Of a stretch of DNA of 64,000 bases, positions 58,531 through 64,000 are shown piece after piece. The stretch comes from Pseudomonadota bacterium (GTDB lineage: Bacteria; Pseudomonadota; Gammaproteobacteria; Xanthomonadales; Xanthomonadaceae). Position numbers and translations under genes: made by a program. The notes below the pieces were generated by a model. The model did not search any database. It was not told where the DNA came from and saw only the letters and a list, made by a program, of their open reading frames with translations. Positions within the stretch are counted from its first letter, which is position 1; the number at the start of each line of letters is the position of its first letter. Location of the stretch: the NCBI GenBank assembly GCA_018242405.1, contig JAFEBZ010000217.1, forward strand, positions 515-64,514, given 5' to 3'.

Positions 58531-59622
58531 TCAGGGGCTGGGACGAACGATGCCGCCCACGCCCAGTTTCGATTGCGCACTGGCCTTCAACGCATTGGCC
58601 GCATCCTTCGTCATCACCGGCCCGAGACGCACGCGCGTCAACACGCCCTTGTCGGTCTTGACGGTATCGGTGGTCGCGCTGAACCCGGCGGCGCGCGCGC
58701 GGTCGCGCAGCGCAGTGGCTTCGGCGGCATTGGCGAACGCGCCGAGTTGCACCGCGAATCCGGTACCGGCTGCCGCAGGCTTGGTCGCCGGTTGCGGTTC
58801 GGGCTTGGGTTGATCGTGCTTCGGCACCGCGGGCGCGTCATCGTCCTGCTCGGCAACGACAGGTTTGGCCTGCACGGGTTTGGCCGGTTTCGCGGCTGCA
58901 GTCGGCTTGTCCGGCTTGGTAGTCGGCACTGCGGGCTTCGGCTTGGCGACATCGGCCGCCGGTTTCGGCGTCGGCGTTTCAATCGGCGTGGTCGCGATGG
59001 CTGGCGTCGCAGCAACAGTGGAGGTCGACGCAACAGGTGCTGGCGCTTGCGTTGTGCTGGCGTCGAGCGCGATCACCTGCGCCTTGACCGGCGCATTGAG
59101 CTGTCCGGCTTGCACGCGCGCGACCTCGGCGGCTTCGCGGGTCGGATACGGCCCGACGCGCACGCGCCAGGCATCGCGTCCGGCCAGCGACACCTTCTCG
59201 CTGTAACCATGCAACTTGATGCCGGTCAGCGCCTGCACGACGCGATCGGCATCGCCGCTGCTGCCATAGCTGCCGAAACTGACGGCGTAATCGCCGGCGG
59301 CAGTCGCGGGTGACGGCTTGGCGTCGGTCGGCGCAGGCGTGGCAGCCGCTGCCGAAGTGGCTGCGCTCGCGCTGGCCGGAGTGTCGGCATTGGCTTGCGG
59401 CGCTGGCATTCCGGTCGCGCCATTCGCGCCGACGGCACCGGGCACGTCGAGCGGCAGTTCCTGGGTCTTGACCGTCGCGTCGGGCGCCTTCGGCGAATCC
59501 AGCGGCACGTCGGACACGCCGCTGTCGGGCGCCGGCCCCTTGACCAGCATGGGCAGGAAGATGACCGCCAATGCGATCAAGACGGCGGCGCCCCAGAGGC
59601 GCTGTTTCACGGGACGATCCAT
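58531..59622 (-). CDS. dedD: DedD-like cell-division protein with two SPOR domains
   Basis: [19 protein letters not shown] anchor; [14 protein letters not shown] and [14 protein letters not shown]; Pro/Ala linkers. Confidence 0.82.
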   Translation of the reverse strand: MDRPVKQRLWGAAVLIALAVIFLPMLVKGPAPDSGVSDVPLDSPKAPDATVKTQELPLDVPGAVGANGATGMPAPQANADTPASASAATSAAAATPAPTDAKPSPATAAGDYAVSFGSYGSSGDADRVVQALTGIKLHGYSEKVSLAGRDAWRVRVGPYPTREAAEVARVQAGQLNAPVKAQVIALDASTTQAPAPVASTSTVAATPAIATTPIETPTPKPAADVAKPKPAVPTTKPDKPTAAAKPAKPVQAKPVVAEQDDDAPAVPKHDQPKPEPQPATKPAAAGTGFAVQLGAFANAAEATALRDRARAAGFSATTDTVKTDKGVLTRVRLGPVMTKDAANALKASAQSKLGVGGIVRPSP

Positions 59623-59655
59623 TCGGCGCGGGGACTCGTAGCGAGTTTTCGCCAA

Positions 59656-60945
59656 TTATACCGGTGCCGGACTGTCGACTTCCCGGCAGCCCGCTGAACG
59701 CAGTGCATGCAGGGCCGTTTCCACGGTATGGAAGGAGCCGAACACCAACACCCGATCGCCCGGCACGGCGATCGATTCCACGCGATGCAATGCCGCGGCG
59801 ACATCTGCATTCAGCGTGGCGCCGGGCAGCTTCACCCGTGCGGCCAGCGCATCCACATCCTGCGCCCGTCCTTCGACATCCAGCCCGGCCAGATGCCAGT
59901 GATCGATGTGTGGCGCCAACGCGGCGGTCACGCCTTCCACGTCCTTGTCGGCCAGCGCGGCATAGATCGCATGGACGCGCCCTTGTCGCGGCTGATCACG
60001 CAACCACTCGGCCAGCGCCTGCGCGGCCTGCGGGTTGTGGCCGACATCGAGCCGATATTCGATCCCCGCGCACTCCAGTCGCTGCAACCGACCGGGCACG
60101 CGCGCCGAAGCAACCCCCCGTGCCCAGGCGTCGTCGGGAATCTCCAGCGGCGATGCCCGCAACGCGGTGATCGCGACCGCGGCATTGCGCAGCTGCACCG
60201 GGGCGGCGAGATCCGGCATCGGCAGGTCGAGGATGAAGCCCGGTTCGCGCCACTGCCAGCCGTCATCTTCGGCAGCGCGGTCGACGAAGAAATCGCAACC
60301 CATCCGCAGTGCCGATGCACCGATCGCGTAGGCACGCCGCAACACGCTGGACGGTGGTTCGTCATCACCCAGCACCAGAGGTCTCCACGCCCGTGCGATG
60401 CCGGCCTTCTCGACACCGATGTCCTCGCGATCCTCGCCGAGCCAATCCATGTGATCGAGATCGACAGTGGTGATGACGGCGACATCGGGATCGACGATGT
60501 TCACCGCGTCCAGGCGCCCGCCCAGGCCGACTTCTAGGATGGCGAGATCGAGCCCCGCCCGCGCGAACAGCCACAACGCCGCCAGTGTGCCGACTTCAAA
60601 ATAGGTCAGGGAGATATCGCCGCGCGCGGACTCGACCGCCTCGAACGCGGCGACCAGATCGGCATCGCCCGCATCGACACCGTCGATGCGCACCCGCTCG
60701 TTGTAGCGCAGCAGATGCGGCGAGGTGTAGGCACCGACGCGCAGGCCTGCGGCACGCGCGATCGCTTCGATGAAGGCAACGGTCGATCCCTTGCCATTGG
60801 TGCCGCCGACGGTGATGATGCAGCCCGCCGGTTTCGCCAGCTGCATGCGCGCGGCGACCTCGCGCACGCGGTCCAGACCGAGTTCGATGGCGGTGGGATG
60901 CTGGCGCTGCAAACGCGCCAACCAGTCCTGCAGGGAATCACTCAT
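59656..60945 (-). CDS. folC: Dihydrofolate synthase / folylpolyglutamate synthase
   Basis: IELGLDR, GTNGKGS, YTSPHL, EVGLGGRLDA, DHMDWLG, DVGHNP, FGSF. Confidence 0.96.
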   Translation of the reverse strand: MSDSLQDWLARLQRQHPTAIELGLDRVREVAARMQLAKPAGCIITVGGTNGKGSTVAFIEAIARAAGLRVGAYTSPHLLRYNERVRIDGVDAGDADLVAAFEAVESARGDISLTYFEVGTLAALWLFARAGLDLAILEVGLGGRLDAVNIVDPDVAVITTVDLDHMDWLGEDREDIGVEKAGIARAWRPLVLGDDEPPSSVLRRAYAIGASALRMGCDFFVDRAAEDDGWQWREPGFILDLPMPDLAAPVQLRNAAVAITALRASPLEIPDDAWARGVASARVPGRLQRLECAGIEYRLDVGHNPQAAQALAEWLRDQPRQGRVHAIYAALADKDVEGVTAALAPHIDHWHLAGLDVEGRAQDVDALAARVKLPGATLNADVAAALHRVESIAVPGDRVLVFGSFHTVETALHALRSAGCREVDSPAPV

Positions 60946-61023
60946 CCGCACATTATCGCGACTGCACGGGCCGGTAGCGAATTCGCCGGTATAGTCCGCC
61001 TTCCCCCACCCGCGGAACCTGCC

Positions 61024-61413
61024 ATGCCGATCGTCACCGGAACCTTCGCCCTGCAGATGAAAATGGAACCGGGACTCGATCTCGGCGACGGCGCGCAAAC
61101 CGGCAGCTTCCGCTTCGACAAGCAGTTCGGCGGCGCGCTCGAAGCGACCAGCGTGGTGCAGATGATTTCGGGCGGCAATCCCGCGAGTGGGTCGGCGGCC
61201 TACGTCGCGATAGAACGCATCGCCGGCACGCTCGATGGCCACGCCGGCAGCTTCATGACCTGCCATCGCGGGATCATGGATGGCGGCAATGCATCGCTTG
61301 AAGTCGACATCGTGCCGGGGTCCGGCACGGATGCACTCGAAGGCATCCGCGGCAAGATGACGATCCGCATCGATGCTGGCGTGCATCACTATGAGTTGGA
61401 TTACTCGGTGTAG
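61024..61413 (+). CDS. DUF3224-like beta-barrel protein
   Basis: K.FGGALEA, GSAAYVAIERI.GTLDGH.GSF, VPGSGTDAL.GI.G. Confidence 0.8.
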   Translation: MPIVTGTFALQMKMEPGLDLGDGAQTGSFRFDKQFGGALEATSVVQMISGGNPASGSAAYVAIERIAGTLDGHAGSFMTCHRGIMDGGNASLEVDIVPGSGTDALEGIRGKMTIRIDAGVHHYELDYSV

Positions 61414-61414
61414 G

Positions 61415-61749
61415 GCATCGCCCGGCTGTGCGCCTATCGCGGTTGTCTGCAGCCGCCGACACGCCGTGAATACATCCATGTAGGCTCGTACGCAGCATCC
61501 ATGCTGCGTACGGTCGGCGCTACAGACGAACCGCATAGGCGCCGCCGGTGGATGCTTTCTGGAAGGCGTGAGAGCAACAGCTTGCTACGCTTTTGCTCCT
61601 CACTCCTTCAGCAACAACACGCGCGCGGAAGTGGGTGCGCCAGTCCGGTGCGTGGGCGTACGCGCCATGGATGGCGCGTCCGAGCCTACATGGACGTACT
61701 TGCGGCGTCCCGCGCAACGGATCTGGTCACCCACGCACCAGCGCGTGCG
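61415..61749. repeat. Intergenic multi-hairpin repeat, copy 2 (REPIN/MITE-like)
   Basis: Same orientation and architecture as 6764-7106; starts 1 nt after one stop codon and ends 5 nt before the convergent one. Confidence 0.9.
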
Positions 61750-61754
61750 AGCTG

Positions 61755-63905
61755 TCACTTCACCCCCATTTCCTGCAGCAGCTGCGGCGCTGGATCGACC
61801 ACCGTCATCACCCAGCGCATGTAACGCTGGTCCATCGAAATCATCCGCGTCATCACCGGATCGAACACCCAGTTCGACGCCACCGATTCCCAGTTGCCAT
61901 CGAAAGCGAGACCGACCAGCTTCCCGTGCGCGTCCATCACCGGCGATCCTGAATTGCCGCCGGTGATGTCGAGATCGGAGAGGAAATCGACCGGCACGCT
62001 GCCGAGCCTGGCGTCTTCCAGGCCCGCGTAGCGCTTGGCCTTGATCGCATCGAGCGCGGCCTTCGGCGTATCGAACGGTTCCTTGCCGGTGGTCTTGGCG
62101 ACGATCTCGTCGAGCACGGTGAACGGCGCCTGCTTGCTGCCGTCGAGTTTGGTGTAACCGGTCACGTTGCCGAAAGTGATGCGCAATGACGAGTTGGCAT
62201 CCGGATATACCGCCTTGCCATGCGCCTTGCGGTAATCGGCCAGCGCCTTGAGATAGATCGGTCGCGCGACCAGCAGCTCGCCGGCGCGCGTCTTGCGCGC
62301 TTCCTCCAGCTTCATCAGCGTCGGCGTCACCGCGACCGCGTATTTGATCGCCGGATCGGTGCTGGCCTCGAACGCAGCGCGATCGGCATTGAGCCACTTC
62401 GTGCGTTCGGCATCCTTGCCCAGCGCGCTCTTGTGCATGCGCGCCACGGCATCTTTCACCGCCTTGGCATCGCTGCCACCAATCCACGTGTCCAGCTCGG
62501 CGACATGCTGGTCGGCCGGCAAGCCGACGTATCGATTCAACCAATACGCCTGCAGCTGGCTGTCCATGCCGCTGTCGTAACGCTTGTCCATCTGCTTGAG
62601 CACGGCCTCGATGCCGACGACATCACGCTGCTGGTAGCCGGAATCGCGCTGCGCATCGGGCTTGGCGCGCTCGATCGCCAGGCGATACAGCTGCACCGCC
62701 GTCGCGCCCAGCGTGCCGCCGACTTGCGAAACCGTCAGGTCGCGTTCGCGTGTCTTCGCCGATTGCGCATTGAGCGTTTCGATGGTGTTCCAGGCCGCCA
62801 GCGCCGGCTCGCCGGATTTGCGCTGCTTCTTCAGCCACGCCAACACAGCGGACTCTTCCGCCTGCTTGGCAGCAAGCGCGTTGGTGCGACGGAATCCTTC
62901 CAGCTGGCCATCAAAATTCTTCAGGGTGTTTTCCCAGCCGCGCACGGTGCTGGCGTACTTCACCGCGACCTCGGGATTCTTCGCGCCCGTCGCCTGCACC
63001 ATCGCCACCAGTTCCTTGTAGGTCTTGCTGATGGTCGGATACAGCCAGTCCTGGGTGCTGCGGAATTCATCGACCAAGGCATAGCGGCTGGTCGATCCCG
63101 GATAGCCCGCGACCATCACGAAATCGCCGGCCCGCAGCGGCTGGTCGGCGATCTTCAACCAATGCTTCGGCTGATAAGGCACGTTGTCCTTGCTGTACGC
63201 AGCCGGTTTTCCATCCTTGCCGACATACGCGCGCAGGAAGGAGAAATCACCGGCGTGGCGCGGCCACATCCAGTTGTCGACCTCGCCGCCGAAATTGCCG
63301 ATCGACGACGGCGGTGCGTAGACCAGGCGCACGTCGCGAATTTCCATGTACTTGAACAGGCGATAGGTATTGCCGCCGAAGAAACTGTAGAGGCGACAGC
63401 GATAGCCCCCCCCGGTTTCGCAGGCGGACAGCAAGCGCTTTTCCAGTGTTTCGACCGCACGCGTGCGATCGATCGGCGCTGTCGCCGAAGCGATGGCGGC
63501 TTGCACTTGCGCAGTGACGTCGTCGATGCGTTCCAGCGCGAAGATGCGCGCCGACGGCCCGGCGGTGACCTCATCGGTCATTTTCCCGGCGTTGAAGCCG
63601 GTCGCCATCAGGTTCTTTTTCGCGGTGGAATTGAGCTGGATCGCACCGTAGGCGCAGTGGTGGTTGGTCGCGACCAGGCCTTGCGGCGACACGAAGCTGG
63701 CGGTGCAATTGCCCAGCGACACCACCGCCCCCAGCGGATCGCCGGTGAGATCGGCCAATTGTCCGGGATCGAGCTTCAGTCCCGCCGTCTTCAGCGACTT
63801 GGCGATCTCCGGCAGCTGCTGCGGCGTCCACATGCCCTCGCCCGCCTGCGCGACGGGAATGGCGGCGGTCACTGTCGCAAGGGTGGCCACGAGCATCCTG
63901 CGCAT
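61755..63905 (-). CDS. S46 family dipeptidyl peptidase (DPP7/DAP BII-like)
   Basis: EGMW after the signal peptide, CTASFVS..TNHHC, DNWMWPRH.GDFS, DITGGNSGSPV. Confidence 0.94.
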   Translation of the reverse strand: MRRMLVATLATVTAAIPVAQAGEGMWTPQQLPEIAKSLKTAGLKLDPGQLADLTGDPLGAVVSLGNCTASFVSPQGLVATNHHCAYGAIQLNSTAKKNLMATGFNAGKMTDEVTAGPSARIFALERIDDVTAQVQAAIASATAPIDRTRAVETLEKRLLSACETGGGYRCRLYSFFGGNTYRLFKYMEIRDVRLVYAPPSSIGNFGGEVDNWMWPRHAGDFSFLRAYVGKDGKPAAYSKDNVPYQPKHWLKIADQPLRAGDFVMVAGYPGSTSRYALVDEFRSTQDWLYPTISKTYKELVAMVQATGAKNPEVAVKYASTVRGWENTLKNFDGQLEGFRRTNALAAKQAEESAVLAWLKKQRKSGEPALAAWNTIETLNAQSAKTRERDLTVSQVGGTLGATAVQLYRLAIERAKPDAQRDSGYQQRDVVGIEAVLKQMDKRYDSGMDSQLQAYWLNRYVGLPADQHVAELDTWIGGSDAKAVKDAVARMHKSALGKDAERTKWLNADRAAFEASTDPAIKYAVAVTPTLMKLEEARKTRAGELLVARPIYLKALADYRKAHGKAVYPDANSSLRITFGNVTGYTKLDGSKQAPFTVLDEIVAKTTGKEPFDTPKAALDAIKAKRYAGLEDARLGSVPVDFLSDLDITGGNSGSPVMDAHGKLVGLAFDGNWESVASNWVFDPVMTRMISMDQRYMRWVMTVVDPAPQLLQEMGVK

Positions 63906-64000
63906 CGCAAATCTCCGCAATCGAAACGAAACCCCATTAGAGCATTTCGAACCTGAGCGGAATCCAGCGGTAAAATGGCGGTTCTTCCGCAACGCAGCAA

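Noticed and set aside
58790-59420. Low-complexity Pro/Ala/Lys coding repeats in dedD
   Set aside because: Ordinary disordered linkers of SPOR proteins; no exact DNA tandem repeat.
1-64000. Prophage, IS, defence system, rRNA or tRNA
   Set aside because: No integrase, transposase, nuclease, phage structural or stable-RNA signature was recognised by eye.

Overview
GC-rich core-chromosome window, most consistent with a Xanthomonadaceae/Lysobacteraceae bacterium (xanthomonad-type acetylated arginine pathway argF'-G-E-B-C-H, gltX-zur-merC-thx linkage, folC-dedD-purF). It holds about 57 protein-coding genes. They cover cell-wall peptidases, a PHB mobilisation group (bdhA, patatin, phaZ), c-di-GMP phosphodiesterases, two ECF sigma/anti-sigma modules, dispersed hut genes, the arg operon, gltX, lpxH, purF, folC and an S46 peptidase. 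I found no rRNA, tRNA, CRISPR array, prophage or transposase. The most interesting signals are non-coding or too small for the ORF track. (1) A 29-codon, apparently leaderless uORF ending RARRPYEY sits with protector/antiterminator/terminator hairpins in classical attenuation geometry directly upstream of the arg operon. (2) Two copies of a ~340-bp multi-hairpin repeat lie between convergent genes; their stems covary and all eight loops carry the CsrA/RsmA-type motif CAUGGAYG. (3) A Zur-box-like site lies over the promoter of a His-rich MerC-family gene next to zur. (4) A 56-aa THX ribosomal protein with a Lys/Ala tail is missed by the ORF track. (5) A 17-bp motif is shared by the bdhA and phaZ promoters. 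All product calls are by motif recognition only; no database searches were run.
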